The position numbers were made by a program, and so were the translations under genes. A DNA stretch of 64,000 bases. Source: Bacteroides sp. UBA7333 (GTDB lineage: Bacteria; Bacteroidota; Bacteroidia; Bacteroidales; Bacteroidaceae). Shown one piece after another: positions 31,896 through 41,327 of the stretch; the stretch's first letter is position 1; each line of letters opens with the position of its first letter. A model generated the notes under the pieces. It saw only the letters and a list, made by a program, of their open reading frames with translations. It had not been told where the DNA came from and searched no databases. Location: positions 46,126-110,125 of the forward strand of contig DKPN01000067.1 in NCBI GenBank assembly GCA_002471195.1, given 5' to 3'.

Positions 31896-33119
31896 ATGAA
31901 GAATTCCAAAATATACCCTTGGATAGTCGTTGCCCTTTTATGGGTAGTGGCAGTGTTAAACTACATGGATCGCCAAATGCTTTCTACCATGCGCGAGTCT
32001 ATGCAAATCGATATTACCGAATTAGAATCAGCTCTTAACTTTGGCCGTTTGATGGCTATTTTCTTATGGATTTATGGTCTGATGTCGCCTGTTGCAGGTA
32101 TTATTGCCGATCGTATTAATCGCAAATGGTTAATTGTTGGCTCATTGTTTGTATGGTCATTGGTAACTTACTTAATGGGTATTGCCGAAACTTACGATCA
32201 AGTATACTGGCTTCGTGCATTGATGGGGGTAAGTGAGGCTTTGTATATCCCTGCCGGTTTATCCTTGATTGCCGATTATCATACCGGTAAAAGTCGAAGT
32301 CTGGCGATTGGTATACACATGACCGGTTTGTATTTCGGACAAGCGGTTGGTGGTTTTGGAGCAACGATTGCAGCTACCTTTAGCTGGCATACTACTTTCC
32401 ACTGGTTTGGTATTATTGGTATTGCTTATGCTTTTGTTTTGGTGCTTTTCTTACGCGAAAAACGTTCTACAAAAAGTCTTGCTACAGAAGGCGAAAAGAA
32501 AATTCCGGTATTCAAAGGCTTGGGAATGCTTTTTACTAATATTGTATTTTGGACAATCTTATTCTATTTTGCTGCTCCAAGTTTGCCGGGTTGGGCTACT
32601 AAAAACTGGTTGCCAACTCTATTCTCTGAAAGTTTGAATTTGCCGATGGCAACTGCCGGACCTCTTTCAACCATCACCATTGCCGTATCTTCTTTTATTG
32701 GTGTTATCTTCGGTGGTATTTTGTCCGACCGTTGGGTGAAGAAAAATCTTCGTGGTCGTGTATATACCGGAGCTATCGGATTAGGATTGACGATACCCGC
32801 TTTACTATTCCTAGGTTTGGGTACATCTATGTTTAGTGTGGTAAGCGCCGGTATCTGTTTTGGTGTAGGTTTTGGTATGTTCGACGCTAACAATATGCCT
32901 ATTCTTTGTCAATTTGTCCCTACTCGCCTTCGTGCTACTGCATATGGCATCATGAATATGACCGGTGTTTTTGCTGGTGCTGCCGTAACCGGGCTTTTAG
33001 GCGATTGGGCCGATCAAGGAAATCTAGGTATGGGATTTGCTTTCTTAGCTGCTATCGTAGCTATTGCTCTTGTATTACAACTTTTGATACTTCGTCCTAC
33101 AACTGATAATATGGAATAA
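31896..33119 (+). CDS. nanT: MFS transporter, probable sialic acid permease (Bacteroides NanT type)
   Basis: LNYMDRQ, ADRINRK, LSDRW MFS loop motifs; about 12 TM segments; nan cluster context. Confidence 0.85.
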   Translation: MKNSKIYPWIVVALLWVVAVLNYMDRQMLSTMRESMQIDITELESALNFGRLMAIFLWIYGLMSPVAGIIADRINRKWLIVGSLFVWSLVTYLMGIAETYDQVYWLRALMGVSEALYIPAGLSLIADYHTGKSRSLAIGIHMTGLYFGQAVGGFGATIAATFSWHTTFHWFGIIGIAYAFVLVLFLREKRSTKSLATEGEKKIPVFKGLGMLFTNIVFWTILFYFAAPSLPGWATKNWLPTLFSESLNLPMATAGPLSTITIAVSSFIGVIFGGILSDRWVKKNLRGRVYTGAIGLGLTIPALLFLGLGTSMFSVVSAGICFGVGFGMFDANNMPILCQFVPTRLRATAYGIMNMTGVFAGAAVTGLLGDWADQGNLGMGFAFLAAIVAIALVLQLLILRPTTDNME

Positions 33120-33121
33120 TT

Positions 33122-33568
33122 ATGATTTTAACAACATTGAACGACTGCTCTCGTTATGAGCATTTACATCCGAGTTTTAAAACTCTTTTCGATTATCTTA
33201 AATCACACAATGTTAAAGATATGGAATTGGGTAGAATCGAAATTAATGGTGATGAATTGTTTATCAATAATGTATTGGTAGATGCTGTTGCCAAAGAAAA
33301 CCAACCTCTCGAATTGCACGAACAGTATATTGATGTTCATGTTCTTTTTGAAGGAGATGAAATGGTTGGTTGGTTGCCAAAAGATAAAATCAAAACTTAC
33401 TCAAAACCATACGATGCAGCATCAGAATGTGCTTTGACTACAGATGCACCGAGTGCTTATTTTTCATTGATGCCTCTTGATATGGTGATTGTATATCCTG
33501 AAGATGCTCATGCGCCGATTATTGGTAATGGCAAAATCAGAAAAATGATTGCAAAAGTAAAGTTATGA
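33122..33568 (+). CDS. YhcH/YjgK/YiaL (NanQ-like) family protein
   Basis: ELHEQYIDVH, YPEDAHAP, RKMIAKV. Confidence 0.9.
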   Translation: MILTTLNDCSRYEHLHPSFKTLFDYLKSHNVKDMELGRIEINGDELFINNVLVDAVAKENQPLELHEQYIDVHVLFEGDEMVGWLPKDKIKTYSKPYDAASECALTTDAPSAYFSLMPLDMVIVYPEDAHAPIIGNGKIRKMIAKVKL

Positions 33569-34311
33569 AAACTGCATGCGATCTTTCGAAAGCAATTTAT
33601 GGCGACGTAATCAATGTTGATTATTCGATTGCAATATTGCCCTGGGGAGCTATTGAGCCGCACAATTATCATTTGCCATATGCTACCGATTGTATTTTGT
33701 CGCAACGCATCAGTATGGATGCCGCTCACTTGGCTGCACAAAGTGGTATCAATGCTATGGTGCTGCCACCGGTGACTTTCGGTTCGCAAAATCCAGGTCA
33801 GCGCGAGTTGCCATTTTGTATTCATGGACGTTATTCTACACAATTTGCTATTCTAACAGATATTGTTTCTTCCTTGCATTATCAGGGAATAAAAAAACTA
33901 TTGATAGTAAATGGACATGGTGGGAACTCATTCAAGAATATGATTCGTGACTTGGCAGTAGACTATCCTGATTTTATGCTTGCTTCTTGCGAATGGTTTA
34001 AGATAACCAATTTTGAGCATTTGATAGAAAATGTTGGTGAACATGCCGATGAGGTAGAAACATCTGTGATGATGTATTATCATCCAGAATTAGTTCAACT
34101 TTCAAAAGCTGGAGATGGTCAGTCGCAATCGCCTAGGCTAAAACCCTTGGCAGAAGGTGTGATATGGATGCCTCGAAATTGGTCTGAGATATCTATCGAT
34201 ACAGGTATTGGTAATCCACATATGTCATCTGCTCAAAAAGGTGAAGACATCGTATTACCAATAATTAATAAATTGTCTCAAATCATGGTTGATATGGCAA
34301 ATCATAAATAG
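33565..34311 (+). CDS. Creatininase-family amidohydrolase
   Basis: GAIEPHNYHLPYATD, VNGHGGN, HADEVETS; ATGA overlap with the YhcH gene. Confidence 0.9.
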   Translation: MKTACDLSKAIYGDVINVDYSIAILPWGAIEPHNYHLPYATDCILSQRISMDAAHLAAQSGINAMVLPPVTFGSQNPGQRELPFCIHGRYSTQFAILTDIVSSLHYQGIKKLLIVNGHGGNSFKNMIRDLAVDYPDFMLASCEWFKITNFEHLIENVGEHADEVETSVMMYYHPELVQLSKAGDGQSQSPRLKPLAEGVIWMPRNWSEISIDTGIGNPHMSSAQKGEDIVLPIINKLSQIMVDMANHK

Positions 34312-34334
34312 TATTAAATAATACATCTCTTTTT

Positions 34335-34388
34335 AATCCCTCTTCATATTTCTTCGTCAAAATAATGACAAGAAGATGAAGGGGGATT
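34335..34388 (+). terminator. Long stem-loop ending the nan operon
   Basis: AATCCCTCTTCAT...ATGAAGGGGGATT with inner TTCTTCGTCA/TGACAAGAA. Confidence 0.65.
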
Positions 34389-34478
34389 GCTCATTTATAG
34401 GCAAAAAAATGGAGTTGAGTTCTTAATAATTTGAAATGTTTCAAAAATATAAATTACGCAAATATTATTTTATTATGC

Positions 34479-34519
34479 AGAAAACTTAATAGGCATAATG
34501 AGTTTTCTCTATATATTTG
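34479..34519 (+). promoter_or_regulatory. TetR operon promoter with a candidate operator
   Basis: Inverted repeat AGAAAACT-N14-AGTTTTCT (34479-34508) directly upstream of the -7 element TATATTTG (34512-34519). Confidence 0.6.
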
Positions 34520-34566
34520 TTCATAATCTTTAAGCAAATAGCTAAGGATTAGTTACTATAAACTCA

Positions 34567-35247
34567 ATGAACGTATATAAGAAAATGAACGAATCGGAAA
34601 AAGATATATCAGCTACACGTTTAGAATTGCGAAAAAAAATAATCATTTCGGCTACAAATGCATTCTCGAAAAATGGTATTAAAGTGATAACAATGGATGA
34701 TATTGCAGCCTCTTTGTCAATCTCTAAACGTACTTTGTATGAGATTTTTTCGGATAAAGAGTCGTTGTTGCGCGAATGTATTTTGGCAGAACAAGCACAA
34801 ATGTCTTCATTTATAAATGAAATAATGGAGAAAGCGGAAAATGTACTTGAGGTAATTCTTGTATGTTACCAAAAAAGTATTGAGCGTTTTCACAGAACCA
34901 ACAAACAGTTTTATGAAGATATTAAAAAATACCCCAAGGTTTATGCACTTCTAAAAAACTATCGTGAGCGTGATACAGATAGTACAGTAGAGTTTTTTAA
35001 AATGGGAGTAAAACAGGGTATTTTTAGATCGGATATAAATTTTGCTATTGTAAACTTATTGGTACATGAGCAAATCGATATTTTGATGAATACTGACATA
35101 TGTAAAGATTACTCTTTTATCGAGGTATATGAATCGATAATGTTTACATACCTGCGCGGTATTTCTACTGATAAAGGTGCCAAGCTTTTGGAGGCCTTTA
35201 TAGAAGAATATAGGAAAAACCGTATAGATGAACATATTGGTCATTGA
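34567..35247 (+). CDS. TetR/AcrR family transcriptional regulator
   Basis: TMDDIAASLSISKRTLYEIFSDKESL HTH. Confidence 0.95.
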   Translation: MNVYKKMNESEKDISATRLELRKKIIISATNAFSKNGIKVITMDDIAASLSISKRTLYEIFSDKESLLRECILAEQAQMSSFINEIMEKAENVLEVILVCYQKSIERFHRTNKQFYEDIKKYPKVYALLKNYRERDTDSTVEFFKMGVKQGIFRSDINFAIVNLLVHEQIDILMNTDICKDYSFIEVYESIMFTYLRGISTDKGAKLLEAFIEEYRKNRIDEHIGH

Positions 35248-35301
35248 TATGGATACAAATCACAAAGTTATATATAAACAGGTCATAAATTTTTAAGTAA
35301 A

Positions 35302-36642
35302 ATGGTAATGTGGGTAAATAAAAGAGTGTTTTTAGGTTGTGTGCTTATCTGTTGGATGAGTGTAACACAAATATTCGGCCAAGAGCCGGTTATGAATTTA
35401 ACATTAGATCAAGCATTGTCAATCGCTTTGAGTGAAAATCCAACCATCAAAGTTGCAGACGAAGAGGTAATGCTTAAAAAAACAGCGAATAAAGAAACAT
35501 GGCAAAATTTGCTTCCGCAAGCAAGCATATCTGCTACATTAGATCATACGATCACTGCAGCTCAGATGAATTTGGGCGGTCAATCGTTTAAAATGGGACA
35601 AGACAATTCGAATACGGTGAATGCAGGATTGTCGATTAGTTTGCCTCTCTTTGCTCCTTCTGTTTATAAAGCCATGTCTATTAGTAAATCAGATATCGAC
35701 TTATCCTTAGAAAAAGCACGATCGTCACGCTTGGATTTAGTAAATCAGGTGACTAAGGCATATTATCAGTTAATGTTAGCGCAAGATACCTATAATGTAA
35801 TGTTGGCGAGTTATAAGTTGGCAGAAGATAACTATAACATTGTTAACGCGAAGTTCGAGCAAGGTGCTGTCAGTGAATTTGATAAGATTAGCGCTGAAGT
35901 TCAGATGCGCAGTACCAAGCCTGCTGTAGTATCATCATCCAATGCTGTGACATTATCGAAATTGCAGCTAAAAGTGTTGATGGGTATTACTGAAAATGTT
36001 GATCTGGTTATTGCCGATAATTTATCGAACTACGAAAATACAATGTTTGCTTCGTTAGTAGGTGAAGATGTGGTGGATTTATCAAATAACTCAACTATGC
36101 TTCAATTAGATTTGAATGAAAAGATGTTGCAACAAAATATCAAACTACAACGTATGAATTTTGTGCCAACTTTATCGATGGGTTTTAATTATCAATACCA
36201 ATCCTTGTATAATAACAATATCAACTTCTTTAAATATAATTGGGCCAATAGTTCATCATTAATGTTCAATGTGAGTATACCCCTATATAAGGCTAATAAT
36301 TTCACAAAGATGAAAACGGCTCGCATTCAATTAACCCAGTTAGATTGGAGTCGTACAAATACAGAGCGTAACTTAAAAACTCAAGTAGAAAGTTACCGAA
36401 ATAATATGTATGCAAGTACTGAACAGGTATCGAGCAATAAAGAAAATGTATCGCAAGCAGAAAAGGCTGTATTAATTGCAGGCAAAAGATATGAAGTGGG
36501 TAAAGGAACAGTTTTAGAATTAAATAGTTCGCAAGTATCTCTAACACAAGCGCAATTAACATATAATCAATCCATATTCGATTATTTAGTATCGAAAGCA
36601 GATATGGACAAAGTTTTAGGCAACGACATATCTATTAAATAA
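35302..36642 (+). CDS. TolC-family outer membrane efflux protein
   Basis: LTLDQALSIALSENPTI, VTKAYYQL, RYEVGKGTVLEL; signal peptide. Confidence 0.93.
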   Translation: MVMWVNKRVFLGCVLICWMSVTQIFGQEPVMNLTLDQALSIALSENPTIKVADEEVMLKKTANKETWQNLLPQASISATLDHTITAAQMNLGGQSFKMGQDNSNTVNAGLSISLPLFAPSVYKAMSISKSDIDLSLEKARSSRLDLVNQVTKAYYQLMLAQDTYNVMLASYKLAEDNYNIVNAKFEQGAVSEFDKISAEVQMRSTKPAVVSSSNAVTLSKLQLKVLMGITENVDLVIADNLSNYENTMFASLVGEDVVDLSNNSTMLQLDLNEKMLQQNIKLQRMNFVPTLSMGFNYQYQSLYNNNINFFKYNWANSSSLMFNVSIPLYKANNFTKMKTARIQLTQLDWSRTNTERNLKTQVESYRNNMYASTEQVSSNKENVSQAEKAVLIAGKRYEVGKGTVLELNSSQVSLTQAQLTYNQSIFDYLVSKADMDKVLGNDISIK

Positions 36643-36670
36643 TATAAGAATAAATAAATACCAGAATAAT

Positions 36671-37690
36671 ATGAAAAAGAGTTTCCAGCTATTCGTTTTA
36701 GGTCTAATAACCGTATTAAGTTCTTGTTCAGGAAGTAAGGATGCAAATACAACTGTTGCACAAGTTGAAGAAAAACCTCGTGTTAAGATAGCATCAGTAA
36801 AAGCACGCCCAGTAGAACAACTACAAGAATATACTGCAACTGTTGAGGCTGAAGCAAAAAATAATATTGGTCCTTCATCGCCAGTTCGTATCGATCAGAT
36901 ATTCGTAGAAGTGGGCGATCGCGTAAACAAAGGTCAAAAGCTAGTACAAATGGATGCAGCTAACTTGAAGCAACTAAAACTTCAACTTGAAAATAAGAAA
37001 ACAGAATTCAACAGAACCGATGAATTATATAAAGTGGGAGGTGCATCAAAATCAGAATGGGATGCTCAAAAAATGGCACTTGATGTACAACAAACTGCTT
37101 ATAATAACCTATTGGAAAATACATCTTTGACAAGTCCGATTAATGGAGTGGTTACTGCCCGTAATTATGATAATGGCGATATGTATAGTGGTGGCAATCC
37201 AGTGTTGGTGGTTGAACAAATGAGCCCTGTGAAGTTGATTATTAATGTGTCGGAAGGTTATTTTACCAAAGTAAAAAAAGGTGCTCCGGTCAATGTGAAA
37301 TTAGATGTTTATGGCGATGAAATCTTTACTGGAAAAGTGAGTTTGGTTTATCCAACTATCGATGCCAACACACGTACTTTTCCTGTTGAAATTAAAATTG
37401 ATAATAAAGACTTACGTATTCGTCCGGGAATGTTTGCTCGTGCAACATTAAATTTTGGCGTAGAAGATAATGTAGTCGTACCCGATTTAGCTATTATCAA
37501 ACAAGCAGGTTCGGGCGATAGATACGTATATGTTTATGATAATGGTACTGTGTCGTATAATAAAGTAGAGTTAGGTCGCCGTATGGGAACTGAGTATGAG
37601 TTGAAATCAGGTGTTCCTAATAATTCTCAAGTGGTTGTAGCCGGCCAATCAAAATTGATTAATGGTGCTCAAGTAGAGGTTGAGAATTAA
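36671..37690 (+). CDS. RND efflux periplasmic adaptor (lipoprotein)
   Basis: Lipobox LSSC, VEVGDRVNKGQ, SPINGVV, RPGMFAR. Confidence 0.95.
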   Translation: MKKSFQLFVLGLITVLSSCSGSKDANTTVAQVEEKPRVKIASVKARPVEQLQEYTATVEAEAKNNIGPSSPVRIDQIFVEVGDRVNKGQKLVQMDAANLKQLKLQLENKKTEFNRTDELYKVGGASKSEWDAQKMALDVQQTAYNNLLENTSLTSPINGVVTARNYDNGDMYSGGNPVLVVEQMSPVKLIINVSEGYFTKVKKGAPVNVKLDVYGDEIFTGKVSLVYPTIDANTRTFPVEIKIDNKDLRIRPGMFARATLNFGVEDNVVVPDLAIIKQAGSGDRYVYVYDNGTVSYNKVELGRRMGTEYELKSGVPNNSQVVVAGQSKLINGAQVEVEN

Positions 37691-37737
37691 TTTTCGAGTG
37701 ATCATAATTCATTATTCACAAAATAAAAAATAATAAT

Positions 37738-40700
37738 ATGAGTTTATACGAAGGAGCAGTAAAACGTCCCATTATGACTTCACTCTGTTTTATAGCAGTG
37801 ATGATTTTTGGTCTTTACTCTTTATCAAAATTACCGATCGATTTATATCCGGATATTGATACTAATACCATTATGGTGATGACTGCATATCCCGGTGCAA
37901 GTGCTTCGGATATCGAAAATAACGTAACCCGTCCGTTAGAAAATACCCTGAATGCTGTAAGTAACTTAAAAAATATAACATCACGTTCATCCGAAAATAT
38001 TTCTATCATTACACTCGAATTTGAGTATGGTAATGATATTGATGTGCTCACCAACGATGTCAGGGATAAACTGGATATGGTTAGTTCGCAGATGCCCGAT
38101 GATGCTGAAACGCCTATCATCTTCAAGTTTAGTACTGATATGATTCCTATCGTTATGTTATCAGTGCAAGCAAACGAGAGTCAATCGGCATTATATAAAA
38201 TTCTTGACGATCGTGTGGTAAATCCTTTAGCACGTATACCTGGTGTCGGTACAGTTTCAATTAGTGGTGCGCCACAACGTGAAATTCAGGTATATTGCGA
38301 TCCGATTAAGTTGGAAGCTTATAATTTAACAGTTGAGTCTATTAGTTCGACTATTGGGGCAGAAAATAGAAATATTCCCGGTGGTAACTTTGATATAGGT
38401 AATGAAACTTATTCATTACGTGTGGAAGGAGAGTTTAAAGACTCTAAATTATTAGAAGATATTGTCGTAGGTACTTATAATGGTGCTAATGTTTATTTGC
38501 GTGATATTGCTCGTGTTGTTGATACTGTTGAAGAACGCGCTCAGCAAACGTATAATAATGGTGTGCAAGGTGCTATGATTATTGTGCAAAAACAATCGGG
38601 AGCAAACTCTGTAGATATATCAAAGAAAGTTGCAGAAGCACTTCCTAAACTTCAAAAAAGCTTGCCAAGCGATGTGAAGTTAGGAGTTATTGTCGATACT
38701 TCTGATAATATCTTAAATACGATTGATTCATTAACTGAAACTGTATTATATGCATTGTTGTTCGTTGTTATAGTGGTGTTCTTGTTTTTAGGACGTTGGC
38801 GTGCTACATTGATTATTTGTATTACAATTCCACTTTCATTGATAGCATCTTTCATCTATCTTGCAGTTTCTGGAAATACGATCAATATAATCTCGTTATC
38901 ATCTCTTTCTATTGCCATTGGTATGGTGGTAGATGATGCTATTGTGGTACTCGAAAATGTGACTTCGCATATCGAACGTGGTGCCGATCCTAAGCAAGCT
39001 GCCGTTCATGGAACCAATGAGGTTGCTATTTCGGTTATCGCTTCAACACTTACTATGATTGCTGTATTCTTCCCATTAACAATGGTTGGAGGTATGTCGG
39101 GAGTTATGTTCCGTCAATTGGGTTGGATGATGTGTGCCATTATGTTTATTTCGACAGTAGCGGCTCTTTCATTAACGCCAATGTTGTGTTCACAATTATT
39201 GCGCTTGCAAAAGAAACAATCGCGCATCTTTTCACTTTTCTTCCGTCCAATAGAGAAAGTTTTAGATTCACTTGATGCGGGATATGGTCATATGTTGAAT
39301 TGGGCAGTTCGTCATCGTACGCTGGTATTGGTTTGCTGTTTCGGCTTTTTCTTTTTAAGTTTATTCTGTGCCAAGTATATTGGTTCTGAGTTTTTTCCTC
39401 CACAAGATAATGCACGTATTGCTGTAAAACTCGAATTACCCATCGGAACACGTATGGAGTTAGCTCAAGAAATGTCTGATAAATTGACAAAGCAATGGCA
39501 AGCAAAGTATCCAGGCATCATGGAGGTATGTAACTATACCATTGGACAAGCCGATTCTGATAACGTATGGGCATCTATGCAAGACAACGGTCCTCACATT
39601 ATTTCATTTAATATTCGTTTGTCCGATCCCGATAAACGCGATTTGACCTTGGCACAGATATGTGATGAAATGCGTGATGACTTAAAAAAATATCCAGAGT
39701 TTAATAAGTTTCAGGTAATTTTTGGAGGTAGTAATCAAGGAATGTCAGCTCAAGCCTCTGCCGATTTTGAAATTTATGGATATAATATGGTCACTACCGA
39801 TAGTGTAGCTCAAGATTTGAAACGTCAGTTGTTAGGTGTGAAAGGGGTATCTGAGGTCAATATAAGCCGTAGTGATTATCTTCCAGAGTATCAAGTAGAT
39901 TTTGATCGTGAAAAATTAGCGTTGCATGGTCTTAATCTTAGCACTGCTGCTACTTTTCTTCGTAATCGGATTAACGGTGCAACAGCATCCAAATATCGTG
40001 AAGATGGTGATGAATATGATATCAAAGTACGTTATGCTCCTGAGCATCGTACCAGTTTAGAAGATATCGAAAATATACTCGTTTATAATAATAAAGGGCA
40101 AGCGGTACGTATTAAAGATGTTGGTAAAGTGATTGAACGTTTTGCTCCTCCAACTATCGAACGTAAAAATCGTGAACGTATTGTTACTGTATCGGCCATT
40201 ATATCGGGTGTTCCGATGAGTGATGTTGTTTCTGCCGGAAATACTATTATTGATACTATTGATAAGCCCGATGATGTATCAATACAAATTGCGGGTGCTT
40301 ACGAGGATCAACAAGAGTCATTCCGCGATTTGGGAGTATTGGCTATTATGATTGTATTGCTGGTATTTATCGTGATGGCTGCTCAATTTGAATCATTAAC
40401 TTATCCATTCATTTTGATGATATCTGTACTGTTTGCTTTCAGTGGTGTATTGATGGCCTTATTTATCACCAATACGAACTTAAGTGTAATGAGTTTACTA
40501 GGAGGAATTATGTTGATTGGTATCGTTGTGAAAAATGGTATTGTTTTGATTGACTATACAATTCTTTGCCGTGAGCGCGGACAATCGGTTTTGAATTCGG
40601 TGATTACTGCCGGAAAGAGCCGTCTGCGTCCGGTATTGATGACCACCGCAACCACTGTTTTAGGGATGATTCCAATGGCGTTAAGCACCGGTCAAGGTTC

Positions 40701-40896
40701 GGAAATGTGGAGTCCCATGGCAATATCCGTTATTGGTGGTCTTTTGGTATCTACTATTTTAACATTGATTTATGTACCAACTATGTACTGCGTATTTGGT
40801 GGAGTAGGGGTTAAAAACCAGCGAAAAAAACTTCGTAAGAAGCGCGAAATGGAGGCATATTTCCAAGATCATAAAGCTGAGATTATCAAGAAATAA
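37738..40896 (+). CDS. RND efflux permease (AcrB/HAE1 family)
   Basis: 1052 aa; GMVVDDAIVVLEN, KNGIVLID and RLRPVLMT proton-relay motifs. Confidence 0.97.
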   Translation: MSLYEGAVKRPIMTSLCFIAVMIFGLYSLSKLPIDLYPDIDTNTIMVMTAYPGASASDIENNVTRPLENTLNAVSNLKNITSRSSENISIITLEFEYGNDIDVLTNDVRDKLDMVSSQMPDDAETPIIFKFSTDMIPIVMLSVQANESQSALYKILDDRVVNPLARIPGVGTVSISGAPQREIQVYCDPIKLEAYNLTVESISSTIGAENRNIPGGNFDIGNETYSLRVEGEFKDSKLLEDIVVGTYNGANVYLRDIARVVDTVEERAQQTYNNGVQGAMIIVQKQSGANSVDISKKVAEALPKLQKSLPSDVKLGVIVDTSDNILNTIDSLTETVLYALLFVVIVVFLFLGRWRATLIICITIPLSLIASFIYLAVSGNTINIISLSSLSIAIGMVVDDAIVVLENVTSHIERGADPKQAAVHGTNEVAISVIASTLTMIAVFFPLTMVGGMSGVMFRQLGWMMCAIMFISTVAALSLTPMLCSQLLRLQKKQSRIFSLFFRPIEKVLDSLDAGYGHMLNWAVRHRTLVLVCCFGFFFLSLFCAKYIGSEFFPPQDNARIAVKLELPIGTRMELAQEMSDKLTKQWQAKYPGIMEVCNYTIGQADSDNVWASMQDNGPHIISFNIRLSDPDKRDLTLAQICDEMRDDLKKYPEFNKFQVIFGGSNQGMSAQASADFEIYGYNMVTTDSVAQDLKRQLLGVKGVSEVNISRSDYLPEYQVDFDREKLALHGLNLSTAATFLRNRINGATASKYREDGDEYDIKVRYAPEHRTSLEDIENILVYNNKGQAVRIKDVGKVIERFAPPTIERKNRERIVTVSAIISGVPMSDVVSAGNTIIDTIDKPDDVSIQIAGAYEDQQESFRDLGVLAIMIVLLVFIVMAAQFESLTYPFILMISVLFAFSGVLMALFITNTNLSVMSLLGGIMLIGIVVKNGIVLIDYTILCRERGQSVLNSVITAGKSRLRPVLMTTATTVLGMIPMALSTGQGSEMWSPMAISVIGGLLVSTILTLIYVPTMYCVFGGVGVKNQRKKLRKKREMEAYFQDHKAEIIKK

Positions 40897-40905
40897 TAAT
40901 AACCG

Positions 40906-40935
40906 ATTCTCTCTCAATAAATGTTGAGAGAGAAT
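40906..40935 (+). other. Intra-operon stem-loop between the RND permease and the P-II-like gene
   Basis: ATTCTCTCTCAA-taaatg-TTGAGAGAGAAT 12-bp stem. Confidence 0.65.
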
Positions 40936-40953
40936 TTATACCATACAATGATT

Positions 40954-41247
40954 ATGAAATCAGTATTAATAACATTCGATCAGGCTTTTTACGAACGAAT
41001 TATATCTTTATTAGATCGTTTAAATTGTCGCGGATTTACATATTTAGATAAAGTGCAAGGTCGTGGCTCAAAAAAAGGCGAACCGCATTTTGGTACACAT
41101 GCTTGGCCTGGAATGAATTCGGCCATCATAACTGTGGTGGATGAGTCTAGAGTAAACGCTTTGCTTGAAGCGCTTCGCAAGCTAGATCAGCAAAGTGAAC
41201 AGCTCGGACTTCGTGCCTTTGTTTGGAATATTGAACAAAGCATCTAA
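40954..41247 (+). CDS. P-II-like transporter-associated protein (PG0541-type)
   Basis: RGFT..VQGRGS..GEPHFGTHAWPGMN; small gene trailing an RND operon. Confidence 0.8.
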   Translation: MKSVLITFDQAFYERIISLLDRLNCRGFTYLDKVQGRGSKKGEPHFGTHAWPGMNSAIITVVDESRVNALLEALRKLDQQSEQLGLRAFVWNIEQSI

Positions 41248-41251
41248 AATA

Positions 41252-41298
41252 AAAATAGCCTCATCAATGATATGTCTTATTATTGGTGGGGCTATTTT
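41252..41298. terminator. Bidirectional terminator
   Basis: AAAATAGCCTCATCAAT...ATTGGTGGGGCTATTTT between convergent genes. Confidence 0.8.
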
Positions 41299-41327
41299 CT
41301 AACGTAAAAATATTGAGATTGATTTTA

